From positions 5,056,001 through 5,120,000 of the forward strand of contig OY970368.1 in NCBI GenBank assembly GCA_963718615.1: DNA of 64,000 nt. The letters are read 5' to 3'. Position 1 is the stretch's first letter. Each line of letters begins with the position of its first letter. The notes below the pieces were generated by a model, which searched no databases, was not told where the DNA came from, and saw only the letters and a list, made by a program, of their open reading frames with translations. Of the stretch, positions 18,968 to 27,872 are shown one piece after another. The DNA comes from an uncultured cyanobacterium. GTDB lineage: Bacteria > Cyanobacteriota > Cyanobacteriia > PCC-9006 > JAAUQQ01. The translations under genes were made by a program, and so were the position numbers.

Positions 18968-19354
18968 CTATCTTTTTCGACTATCCCAACCCCGAAAAGC
19001 CGCAAATTTAGCCAAAACGTTCAGAATTCGCCGAAAGAAAGACAGCCAGACCGGAACATCCGCCACCGCCGCTTGTGACATTGCCACCGCATGAGCCGTC
19101 GAATCTGATGGAGCGATTACTTCACAAGCTTTCGGAGAAATCGCCCCCACCGGCACCGTCACCACATACTGCTCCCGCACCAAAGACTGCGACAGCTCCA
19201 GCACCGCCCCCAGCTCCCCTCCGCCGGGGTGCTCCAGGTAGTCAATGAGGATGGCGCGATTGCTTCGCAAGCTTTCGGAGAAATCGCCCACCTTCAGATC
19301 AGCATCAGGTACAGAGCGAATCAGTTCAACCTCTTCATAAAGCTCAGACTTCAT
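18968..19354 (-). CDS. DUF4926-like protein carrying two in-frame 24-nt insertions
   Basis: LYEEVELIRSVPDADLKVGD..AILIDYLEHP.GE.GAVLE...VVTVP; RBS AGGAGG upstream. Confidence 0.7.
   Translation of the reverse strand: MKSELYEEVELIRSVPDADLKVGDFSESLRSNRAILIDYLEHPGGGELGAVLELSQSLVREQYVVTVPVGAISPKACEVIAPSDSTAHAVAMSQAAVADVPVWLSFFRRILNVLAKFAAFRGWDSRKR
19113..19144. mobile_element. 24-nt small dispersed element inserted into a HIP1 site
   Basis: GCGAT-TACTTCACAAGCTTTCGGAGAAAT-CGC; removing 24 nt restores GCGATCGC. Confidence 0.75.
19256..19287. mobile_element. 24-nt small dispersed element inserted into a HIP1 site
   Basis: GCGAT-TGCTTCGCAAGCTTTCGGAGAAAT-CGC; 22/24 identical to the copy at 19113. 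Confidence 0.8.
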
Positions 19355-19430
19355 TGCTCAGCCTCCTATCGATGAGGATACATTGATTCAGCTTGGCTGG
19401 AGGAATGATGGCATCTGGAGGGATTCTCAT
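19355..19430 (-). pseudogene. N-terminal stub of a DUF6883-like partner of DUF4926
   Basis: MRIPPDAIIPPAKLNQ resembles the ..P.DAII..AKL..YLL start of DUF6883 proteins; only about 75 bp remain before the DUF4926 start. Confidence 0.6.
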
Positions 19431-19562
19431 GCTTGCTCAACAGTACCGCATCGCATCTATGTTACTGCTCTCGCGGAGCTATTTCCTGAGCCCGTTGCCA
19501 AGCCAACCGCAACTAAAAATCCCTATCACCCGCTCCATCCACCGAAGCCGCTACGGATTCCT

Positions 19563-19604
19563 CCCCAGCCCAGCCGCGAATTTTCAATAACCTTCAACAA
19601 ACCC
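19563..19604 (-). repeat. direct repeat copy 3 (core only)
   Basis: ccccagcccagccgcgaattttcaataaccttcaacaaaccc matches the core of copies 1 and 2. Confidence 0.8.
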
Positions 19605-19806
19605 AGACATCTCGCCTGCCCAGGCACCCACTAAGACACTCTGCGTAGTGCTAACTTCCCTTCTCTCCCAAGCCTGAAAAAGCTGAAAATTTGCCAAAAA
19701 CCCAGACTCCATCACCGACGAAGCGCTCGAAGCACTAGAAATTAATCGGGTGCGCGCTAACGAGATATTGGGGCTATAGAGCATGGAGCCCAGCGTTTGA
19801 ACCCGT

Positions 19807-21012
19807 CTAAAGATAGTTCATCGGATCCACCGGCTCCCCATCCTTGCGCACCTCAAAATGTAAATGCGGCCCCGTTGACAACCCCGTCGACCCCGTCAGC
19901 GCAATAACCTGCCCCGCCTGAACCTCCTGCCCCTCCTGCACCAGCAACTCATTATTGTGGGCATAGAGACTGGTCATGCCATCGCCATGGTCAAGGATTA
20001 TTGCGTTCCCATAGCCCCCATACCAATCCCCATAGATCACCACCCCGGCTGCCGTCGCACCCACGGGCGTACCGTAATCCACCGCAAAGTCGATGCCGCC
20101 GTGAAACCGCTCGGTGCTCAGGACCGGGTGAATTCGCCAGCCAAAGGGGCTGCTAATGGGAGCATTGATGGGATAGCGGAAGGGACCTTTGCCATAAAAT
20201 CCAGGGGTATTGCGTCGCGCTGCGAGCTTTTGCTGAATCAACTGGGTAATACCTTCCGAGTCTCGCTGGAGCTGGGTTTGGGCCGCTTCTAGGGCATCGC
20301 GGTTTTCCTTCAGCCGTTGTATGAGCATTTGCTGTTGCTGATTCCGCTGCTCCAGGGTTGCCTTTTGCAGAAGCTGTTTTTGCCGCAGCAGGGCAATGCC
20401 GTTTTTTTGTTCTTCAATTTGTTCTCGCTGCTGGGTAAGCTGCTTGGCTTGGGTTTTGAGTTGGGTGAGGCGATCGCGATCACCCTCATACAACTTCTTC
20501 AAATAATACCGCCGCTGCAAAAACTCACTCACCGACTCACTTTGCAACAACACCGCCCAACCCTGAAGCTGCTGCTGTCGTTGCAACACCTGCAACCGAG
20601 CCACCGTTGCACCGCGCTGATTTTGATAGGTTTGCTGCGATCGCGCCAGATCTGTCTCTAATCCTTGCAGATAGCGCTCCGCCAAGTCCAAGCGGTACTG
20701 GCTATCCTGCAAGGCCCCTTCCGTTTGCACCAACGTCTGCTGAAGGTTCGTCAAATCCCCCTGCGCCTGTTGCTCTGCCCGCTTGATACGCTCCGTTGCC
20801 TGCTCAACCGCCTCCTGACGTTGTTCGATTTGTTGCTGCTGCTGTTCGAGCTGCTGGATTTCGTCTTGGGCGATCGCCGAAGGAGGCATGACCATGTTGA
20901 TCCAAAGCATCAAACCGAGAAACCCAACGAGAATATACGCGAAAACATTAGCGATCGCCCTCATCCAGATTCTCCGATCTAGCCACTGAGGTTGAGTTCC
21001 ACAGCGTTTCAT
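19807..21012 (-). CDS. EnvC-like coiled-coil M23 family peptidase
   Basis: Signal/TM segment, long coiled coil, HGGIDF and STGPHLHFEV motifs. Confidence 0.9.
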   Translation of the reverse strand: MKRCGTQPQWLDRRIWMRAIANVFAYILVGFLGLMLWINMVMPPSAIAQDEIQQLEQQQQQIEQRQEAVEQATERIKRAEQQAQGDLTNLQQTLVQTEGALQDSQYRLDLAERYLQGLETDLARSQQTYQNQRGATVARLQVLQRQQQLQGWAVLLQSESVSEFLQRRYYLKKLYEGDRDRLTQLKTQAKQLTQQREQIEEQKNGIALLRQKQLLQKATLEQRNQQQQMLIQRLKENRDALEAAQTQLQRDSEGITQLIQQKLAARRNTPGFYGKGPFRYPINAPISSPFGWRIHPVLSTERFHGGIDFAVDYGTPVGATAAGVVIYGDWYGGYGNAIILDHGDGMTSLYAHNNELLVQEGQEVQAGQVIALTGSTGLSTGPHLHFEVRKDGEPVDPMNYL

Positions 21013-21025
21013 TCCTTTGCCTGCG

Positions 21026-23143
21026 CTAAGACTTTGTTTTTTTCACTTTACCCGTTCCGGTCACCTTCGTATCCGTTTGGCGTTTTCCCTTTTGCTTCGA
21101 TTTTGGCTTCAAGGCATTCAACTCCTGGCTTGTTTTCGCAATGCGATCAAAGTCTACAATTCGCTTCTTCCAATGCGCAATTCGGGGATGATCGGACATC
21201 ACCGACTCCCAAATATTGAGCCAATTTTCAGCCGATTCAATCTCGCCTTTACGCCCCAATAACTCTAAATAGCCTTCTGAGAACTGGGCAAATTCCGAGA
21301 AATGGAATCGCTTAAATTTGAGGACGGGAAGCAACAACGCTTCTGCAGCGTCTAGCTCTTCTGCGTGAAGGTGTCGGTGGGCAAGAGACATCCTGGCAGC
21401 CAAATACGTGGGGTAGTCTTTGACCAGTTGTTCAAAGAGGGAAAAGGCTTCCTCTGTCCGTCCCTGGATTTGGTAGGCTACGGCTAAATTATTGAACAAA
21501 TCGGGGGTTTGACGAATCTCCAAGGCTTGTTTCAGCAGGGCTTCCGCCCGGACGGCTGCGTCGGTGGTGTTCTCTTTGAGCAGCGGCAAGGCTCTGTTCA
21601 ACAAATCCACCACTTTACGGGGATGGTTGTAGAGCGGATCGCCATGGATTTCAAAGCCAATAATGCTGATTTCTCGCCATTCACCTCCAAGCCACATCCG
21701 CACTTTTTCCGGGTCTAAAACATCTGCCTGAACTAGGGTTTGGGCCGCTTGATTACGCAAGGCATCAGGACCGGCTTGACCCAAGGCAAACTCTCGTAGC
21801 AGGTCAAAAAACTCAGGCGATCGCCCATGCTTCAGCAACTCTAAGGCCATGATTCGTCCCATCGGATCTCCCCGCAGCAGAGCCGTTTCTAACCAAGCGC
21901 GCAGTTCAGGATACTTTGCTTGTAGCTCGTTTAGGGCTGGGCCAAGTCGTATTTCCGCATCTTCTAGCTTCTGGACCAGTGGAGCCAGCAACTGAAAGAT
22001 CTCCTGCCCCATGGCTTGGGGCATCACATCAATGTTTTCAAAGGCCCAGGGACCATGGCGCTGACTGGCTGGAAGCAATTGATCTTGTAGGTTTTTCTCG
22101 GCGATTTCTAGATTGGGCGATCGCTCCAAGGCTTTTCGCCACAGGGCTTTGGCCTTTGCAATTTGCCCCGATCTGGCCATCGCCACCGCCACCAAATGCA
22201 AGCTTCTGCCATCCAGTGCTACGGATTGATCGTCATCCTCAGCTTTAGCTTGGTCCCAGATGTCCAGGACACCCGCATCATCGCCCAAATAGCTGAGGGC
22301 TTCAATTTTCTTGGTGAAGGGGTCCCAGGCTGCAGCTTGGCTTTTTTTCAGTTGTTCTGCATACCTCTGAGCTGTTTTCCGATCGCCCAGGGTGCAGTAA
22401 TAACGGACTAAATTTCCTAAGGCATGGATATTTTCAGGTTCAAGCGTTAGGACCTGTTCGGCTTGGGCGATCGCCTCTTCCAAATGCCCGGTTACCATAG
22501 CAATCAAGCTCAGATTGTTATAAGCCGGGGCAAAGTCTGCTTTTTGTTCAATAACCTTGAGTTCCGCTTCCTTCGCCAGGTCGTATTCTGCCAATCCGAG
22601 GAACAGTTGCCCCCATTCGTGCTGGAGCAGGAGGGCGATCGCCTGATCGCGAGGCAAATCTATTTCTCGGACCAACGCATCCCACAAGTCTTCGATTGTA
22701 TTCAACAGCAATTGAGTTTGCTCGGCCATGGGATGGCTGGGATCCTGCTCTAGGGCCGACGAACCCAAATGCCAAGCCAGGAGAGGATATTGTTGTTGGA
22801 AGGCAACCCCCGCCAAGACATAGCGGGCATCCTTGTGGTTGGGCTGAAGCTGAAGCAGTTGATTGGCCGCCCGACCTACAGTTGTGGTTGCATCCAACTC
22901 CAGAGCGACATGAATGAGGAGTTCCCACCCCGGCTTGTGCTGGGGATAATCCTGCGTCAGGTTGAGCAAATACTCATAAGCTTCGGTCGTTCTGCCCTGG
23001 GCGAAGAGTTTGTAGGCTCTTTGAAGTTCCTGGGGAAAGCTGGTGCGGGTGCCAAAACCGGCCCCCGAGCCTTTACCGGGTTGGATTTTGAGTCCCCGTT
23101 TTTTACTTTTTTTACTCACCAAGGTGCTTTTGCTCCAGTTCAT
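21026..23143 (-). CDS. TPR-repeat protein
   Basis: PAYNNLSLIA...AEQVLTLEPEN, DLFNNLAVAYQIQG TPR motifs. Confidence 0.8.
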   Translation of the reverse strand: MNWSKSTLVSKKSKKRGLKIQPGKGSGAGFGTRTSFPQELQRAYKLFAQGRTTEAYEYLLNLTQDYPQHKPGWELLIHVALELDATTTVGRAANQLLQLQPNHKDARYVLAGVAFQQQYPLLAWHLGSSALEQDPSHPMAEQTQLLLNTIEDLWDALVREIDLPRDQAIALLLQHEWGQLFLGLAEYDLAKEAELKVIEQKADFAPAYNNLSLIAMVTGHLEEAIAQAEQVLTLEPENIHALGNLVRYYCTLGDRKTAQRYAEQLKKSQAAAWDPFTKKIEALSYLGDDAGVLDIWDQAKAEDDDQSVALDGRSLHLVAVAMARSGQIAKAKALWRKALERSPNLEIAEKNLQDQLLPASQRHGPWAFENIDVMPQAMGQEIFQLLAPLVQKLEDAEIRLGPALNELQAKYPELRAWLETALLRGDPMGRIMALELLKHGRSPEFFDLLREFALGQAGPDALRNQAAQTLVQADVLDPEKVRMWLGGEWREISIIGFEIHGDPLYNHPRKVVDLLNRALPLLKENTTDAAVRAEALLKQALEIRQTPDLFNNLAVAYQIQGRTEEAFSLFEQLVKDYPTYLAARMSLAHRHLHAEELDAAEALLLPVLKFKRFHFSEFAQFSEGYLELLGRKGEIESAENWLNIWESVMSDHPRIAHWKKRIVDFDRIAKTSQELNALKPKSKQKGKRQTDTKVTGTGKVKKTKS

Positions 23144-23214
23144 GTACTCTCAATTGCCTGATCAATATCTTGTCTTTTTGGGGTGAATCACGGCAACCGA
23201 ACTTGTACATTTGT

Positions 23215-23823
23215 TCACAAAGGCGATCGCCCTTCCCCCGAAGCCTTGAACACAAACTGCCCAATTTTCTGAATCGCCAGGATGAGCACAATCGCCACGA
23301 CCGCCAGAGAGACACCGGGCAGGGTGAAGGCCAGGACGGAAAGCCCCACCGCCGCGATCAGCTCAAACGTGGCCACCAGGAAATTCGTCAGTCCTCCAGA
23401 AACTGCCGTAGAGGTGAGGCGAAGCAAATTGGTCAAAATTTTGGTTAATCCTGCCGTTCCTCCCCCAGCCACCAGGGCCAACGTCCACTGGGCGAGGGGG
23501 TCCATATCTGGAGCCAGGGAAGCGGAAACAGCCGTGCCCGCCAGGACGGCAGCAGGGGTCGCAACCACATCGAGAATATGGTCCACCCAGGGAATGTAAT
23601 AGCCGCCAATTTCGAGGAAACAGGCGGCAGCAAAAACCACAAAGGCTTGGGGGCTTTCGGCCCAGTCTAGTTGAGCAGGCAAATCAAAATGACCGAGGAC
23701 AGCGGCACCGCTGAGGGCCAGTAGGGGCACAAACACACGAAAGCCAGCAGCGGCGCTGAGACTGATGCCCAGCGCTAGCTCAAGCAGTGTGTGAATCCAA
23801 TCGGGACTGAGCCAAGCGTTCAT
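23215..23823 (-). CDS. DUF4126 family membrane protein
   Basis: GISLSAAAGFRVFVPLL, YYIPWVDHILD. Confidence 0.85.
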   Translation of the reverse strand: MNAWLSPDWIHTLLELALGISLSAAAGFRVFVPLLALSGAAVLGHFDLPAQLDWAESPQAFVVFAAACFLEIGGYYIPWVDHILDVVATPAAVLAGTAVSASLAPDMDPLAQWTLALVAGGGTAGLTKILTNLLRLTSTAVSGGLTNFLVATFELIAAVGLSVLAFTLPGVSLAVVAIVLILAIQKIGQFVFKASGEGRSPL

Positions 23824-23936
23824 GGGCGATCGCAGGAAAATACAAGGTTCACCAGAACCATTGTGCCAGCCAATCCCCTTAGAAGCTGCTTGTGATGGCC
23901 AATTTCGCCAACCGGAGCCGCAACCGGAGCCGCTAT

Positions 23937-25295
23937 CTAGGCCAGCTCAATCAACTTCAGCGCCTCCACCGGCTGGACCATACCATAGCCCCAACGATTA
24001 TCCGGACGGCGCTCTAGGCCTTGGGGATGGGCAGCGGTTTCGCGAATGGCTTTCATGACATCGGTTGCGGAGGCATCGGGATTGGCCGCCATCAGCAGCG
24101 CCGCCACCCCCGCAACATGGGGCGTAGCCATGGAGGTTCCGTCCATGTAGGTATAGGCAAAGGTACCATCGGGCCGCTGCTCCGGCGGAATGCAGGAATA
24201 GACCTGAGCACCGGGAGCCGCCACGTCCGGCTTATTCACCAAGGATTCCGGCTCCTGCCCTGGAAACACGAGGCTGGCCCCGCTGCTAAAAAATGTAATC
24301 CCCAGCTCCTCGTTGGGCAGTTTTTCCATAGCCCCCACAGAGAAAGCATTGTAGCTGTTGCCGGGTGAACTGGTATTGCCATGGTTTTCGTTGCCGATCG
24401 CCACTACCGGCAGCACATCAAACCGAGAAATCAGCAGGTCAAGAATCTTGCCAAACAGCGGCTCGTAATATTGCAGACCGAGGGACATGTTGATAATGTC
24501 CGCTTCATTCTCCACCGCCCAGGCCATCCCTTCAACCAGCGTCATCAAAGTCGCATCGCCAACTAAAACCCCTGCAACTAGGAGATTAGCTTCCGGTGCA
24601 ACACCAATGGAAATGCCATCCTCCGTTTTGCCGCCCACAATGGTGCCGGACACATGGGTACCGTGACGACCGGAATCAAAACTCGGCGTGACGCTAATCC
24701 GACGGCCCAGCGGGTCCACCACAATAAAGTTTTTCAACCGATCCTTGAGAGCCGGATGATCCCCATACACACCACTGTCAAGCACCGCAACGTTGACCCC
24801 CGCGCCTTTGGTGGTTTCCCAGGCTTTAGGAATATTGAGCTGTTTGAGGCCCCAGGTCAGCCCGTCTGTGGCTTCCTGCTGAACCAGGGCCGTAAAATCA
24901 ACGCGCTTGGGTTCAATCAGATGAATCGCTTGATTGGGCAATACCGCCAAAACCTCTGGTTGCTCAGCCAACGCGCCAAGGGTTTTCTGGGTGACTTCCA
25001 CAGCGACGACGGGTAGCGTATCCCCCCCAACGCTGCGCACATTCAGCGGGGTCCCACGATGACCCAGATCGCGGCTACGGTCTTGGTAATGGTCAACCAC
25101 ACGGGCTTCGACTTCGCGTTGGTGTCCGGCGACTTCACGAGACAGGCTGAGGCGATCGCGTCGGTTGATCCGCCGCTGGCCAGGGTCAACACCGGGCGCA
25201 CGATAAATCACAATGGCATCGCGGCGTGCATCGGGGTCACGATTGCTGAGAAAGGGTTCAAAGGCGGGAGAGATTTTTTTACGCTCTGTACTCAT
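23937..25295 (-). CDS. S8 subtilisin-like serine peptidase with N-terminal prodomain
   Basis: Catalytic triad motifs VAVLDSG, HGTHVSG, GTSMATP. Confidence 0.93.
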   Translation of the reverse strand: MSTERKKISPAFEPFLSNRDPDARRDAIVIYRAPGVDPGQRRINRRDRLSLSREVAGHQREVEARVVDHYQDRSRDLGHRGTPLNVRSVGGDTLPVVAVEVTQKTLGALAEQPEVLAVLPNQAIHLIEPKRVDFTALVQQEATDGLTWGLKQLNIPKAWETTKGAGVNVAVLDSGVYGDHPALKDRLKNFIVVDPLGRRISVTPSFDSGRHGTHVSGTIVGGKTEDGISIGVAPEANLLVAGVLVGDATLMTLVEGMAWAVENEADIINMSLGLQYYEPLFGKILDLLISRFDVLPVVAIGNENHGNTSSPGNSYNAFSVGAMEKLPNEELGITFFSSGASLVFPGQEPESLVNKPDVAAPGAQVYSCIPPEQRPDGTFAYTYMDGTSMATPHVAGVAALLMAANPDASATDVMKAIRETAAHPQGLERRPDNRWGYGMVQPVEALKLIELA

Positions 25296-25435
25296 GGATC
25301 AGGGTCCCGGATTGGGGCCGATGGGGGTTGTGATTACTCTAGCAATCGGGTTTAGTAATTGGCAGGAAGGGTGAGAGATCTCCGAGGGCGATCGCGATCG
25401 CCCCTCCTTGACGTTAGCCAGCTAACCATTTCTCC

Positions 25436-26260
25436 ATGAGCCTGAGCATGAACAGAGCAGAAATCAGTCTAAAAACCGCAGCCGTATTCAACGCTGCATC
25501 GGATCACTTTGATGCGCCAGCGCTGTCATTTTGGAATCGATTTGGGCAACAAACCGTTCAGCAGCTTTCTCTGCGGGTGGGCGATCGCGTTCTCGATGTC
25601 TGTTGCGGAAGTGGGGCTTCTGCCATTCCGGCAGCGATCGCAGTCGGTCCTACAGGAGAGGTTCTCGGGGTTGATCTGGCTGATTCTCTTCTACAACTCG
25701 CACGCCAAAAATCTCAACAGCAGGGGCTTGAGAATCTCGAATTTCGGCAGGGGGACTTTGAGAATCTGGGGTTACCCAATGAAAGCTTTGATACCATCGT
25801 CTGTGTCTTTGGCCTCTTCTTTGTCCCGGACATGGTTGCGGCTGTCCAGGAACTCTGGCGGATGCTGCGCCCCGGCGGTCAACTGGCGATTACCTCCTGG
25901 GGCGCGAACGTTTTTGAACCAGCGAATCAACGGTTTTGGCAAGCGATCGAAACTGAGCGTCCAGACCTCGTGAAGCCATTTACCCCCTGGGACCGGATCC
26001 GCGAGCCTGAGTCCCTCAAAGCGTTGCTCGAAGCGGGCGGTGCCACTCAGGTGGATGTCATGGCAGCGAAGGGGGTCCATGAACTGGCGGAGCCTGAGGA
26101 TTGGTGGACGATGGTGTTGGGTGGCGGGTTTCGGGGAACGATTGACCAACTGGAAGCCGCAGCCCGAGAGCGGGTGCGACAGGATAATTTGGAGTTTCTG
26201 CGGAGCCATGATCTTCGGGCGTTAGCCGTGGATGTGTTGTATGCGATCGCCCAAAAGTAA
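25436..26260 (+). CDS. class I SAM-dependent methyltransferase (UbiE-like)
   Basis: VLDVCCGSG, GVDLA, RMLRPGG. Confidence 0.88.
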   Translation: MSLSMNRAEISLKTAAVFNAASDHFDAPALSFWNRFGQQTVQQLSLRVGDRVLDVCCGSGASAIPAAIAVGPTGEVLGVDLADSLLQLARQKSQQQGLENLEFRQGDFENLGLPNESFDTIVCVFGLFFVPDMVAAVQELWRMLRPGGQLAITSWGANVFEPANQRFWQAIETERPDLVKPFTPWDRIREPESLKALLEAGGATQVDVMAAKGVHELAEPEDWWTMVLGGGFRGTIDQLEAAARERVRQDNLEFLRSHDLRALAVDVLYAIAQK

Positions 26261-26282
26261 AACCTCAACAGAAGACCTATCC

Positions 26283-27575
26283 ATGTCGATCGCCACCGGA
26301 CTGCTTATTCTTTTGGTCCTGCTCGGCTTCAGCCTCAGCCTCTGGATCCTCATCCCCGCTCCGATTTTCTCTCTGCTCCCCCTCAGCGTCGGCGTACCGG
26401 AAATTAGTCCCTGGCTAGCCATTGTCAACGCAACTGCTCTGTTTCTCTCACTCAGCCGTAAAGGGTTTCCCTCGTCATCGCTGCTGTCCGCCAAGGCATT
26501 AGGAATTGGACTGGTGCTGTTGAGCGCGATCGCCCTCGCCCTCAGCCTCTCCCCTCTGATGCGCTTTCCCCAAACCCAGCAACAGGCGGAACAGGCGATC
26601 GCCCAAACCCTCGGTCCCGATTATCTTGAACAAATTGATCCTGAAATTCGAAACCAGTTGCGATCGCATCCCCTCAATCTCCTCGACAACTTCCGGGGCA
26701 TTCCCATTCCAGCCGTCCGTGAAACCCTTGGCATTCCCTTTGCACAACCCGATGGCGTTCCCCTAACACTCAATCTTTATCGTCCCGAACCGCCTGGAAG
26801 TGAATCTACTGGATGTGACTCTGCTGAACGTTATCCTGCACTGATCACCCTCTACGGCGGTGCGTGGCAACGGGGCACCCCCGAGAGCGACGAGACCTTT
26901 AACCGCTATATCGCCGCCCAAGGCTATGCCGTCTGGGCTCTTTCCTATCGCCATGCACCAGACTATCACTTTCCGGCACAACTGGAAGATGTGCGATCGG
27001 CTCTGACCTTTATCAAAGCCCATGGCCTAAAGTACGAAACCGATCTGAACCGGGTCGCGGTGATGGGCCGATCCGCCGGTTCCCAACTGTCCATGCTGGC
27101 CGCCTATCAACCGGGACCCCTGCCGATTCGTGCGGTAGTCGATTATTACGGCCCCGTTGATCTCACCGCAGGGTACAACAATATCCCCAAACCGGATCCG
27201 ATTGAATCGCGATCGGTTCTCGAAGCTTTTTTGGGCGGAAGTCCCCATGAATTTCCCGAGTTGTATCACCAAGCTTCACCCATTAATACGGTCAAACCCG
27301 GCTTGCCCCCTTCGCTCTTGATCTATGGCGAACGGGATCATGTGGTTAAAGCTGAGTATGGTCAAGCCCTGGCAGCTCAGCTCAGGCAGGCTGGCAATCC
27401 GGTGGTATTTATCCAGATTCCCTGGGCAGACCATGCCTTTGACGCGGTTTTTCGAGGGTTGAGCAACCAGTTAGCGCTGTATTATACCGAGCGTTTTTTG
27501 GCTTGGACCCTGCATCCAGCGACCCCTGGGGCGCAAACTCAATTGTTAAAGGGTGGTAATTCAGGGCCGGTTTGA
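26283..27575 (+). CDS. membrane-anchored alpha/beta hydrolase (esterase/lipase)
   Basis: YGGAW oxyanion motif, GRSAG nucleophile, D..V and WADH; N-terminal TM helices. Confidence 0.88.
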   Translation: MSIATGLLILLVLLGFSLSLWILIPAPIFSLLPLSVGVPEISPWLAIVNATALFLSLSRKGFPSSSLLSAKALGIGLVLLSAIALALSLSPLMRFPQTQQQAEQAIAQTLGPDYLEQIDPEIRNQLRSHPLNLLDNFRGIPIPAVRETLGIPFAQPDGVPLTLNLYRPEPPGSESTGCDSAERYPALITLYGGAWQRGTPESDETFNRYIAAQGYAVWALSYRHAPDYHFPAQLEDVRSALTFIKAHGLKYETDLNRVAVMGRSAGSQLSMLAAYQPGPLPIRAVVDYYGPVDLTAGYNNIPKPDPIESRSVLEAFLGGSPHEFPELYHQASPINTVKPGLPPSLLIYGERDHVVKAEYGQALAAQLRQAGNPVVFIQIPWADHAFDAVFRGLSNQLALYYTERFLAWTLHPATPGAQTQLLKGGNSGPV

Positions 27576-27784
27576 GCCTGGTCCGACGGAGGAGCCTGTT
27601 GCTGAATCTGGGGGGAGTCCAGGGGCCAGAGGGGAAAGGTGCCGCGTTTGTCGTAGTTGGAGGCGATCGCCAAAACCAAGCCCCCCACAACCATCGCGGG
27701 CAAGGGCAGTTCCAGGTGTCGCAGCCAATCTAACAATTGGGCGAAGACAAACAGAATTACAAAACTAGTCATCCACACACGCAT
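27539..27784 (-). CDS. small cyanobacterial membrane protein
   Basis: 2 TM helices and LAIASN motif; RBS GAGGAG upstream. Confidence 0.7.
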   Translation of the reverse strand: MRVWMTSFVILFVFAQLLDWLRHLELPLPAMVVGGLVLAIASNYDKRGTFPLWPLDSPQIQQQAPPSDQAQTGPELPPFNN

Positions 27785-27872
27785 GGGTTTATCTCCTCAG
27801 CAAAATTCATTAATGTAACAAATGTGTCATGCTCATAGGATTGAGTTCTTGACGCTGCCTCGTATAACTTGC

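Noticed and set aside
17265-19604. ATTGAAA-containing repeat as a CRISPR repeat
   Set aside because: Only three copies, about 0.65 and 1.65 kb apart, with genes between them; no repeat-spacer periodicity.
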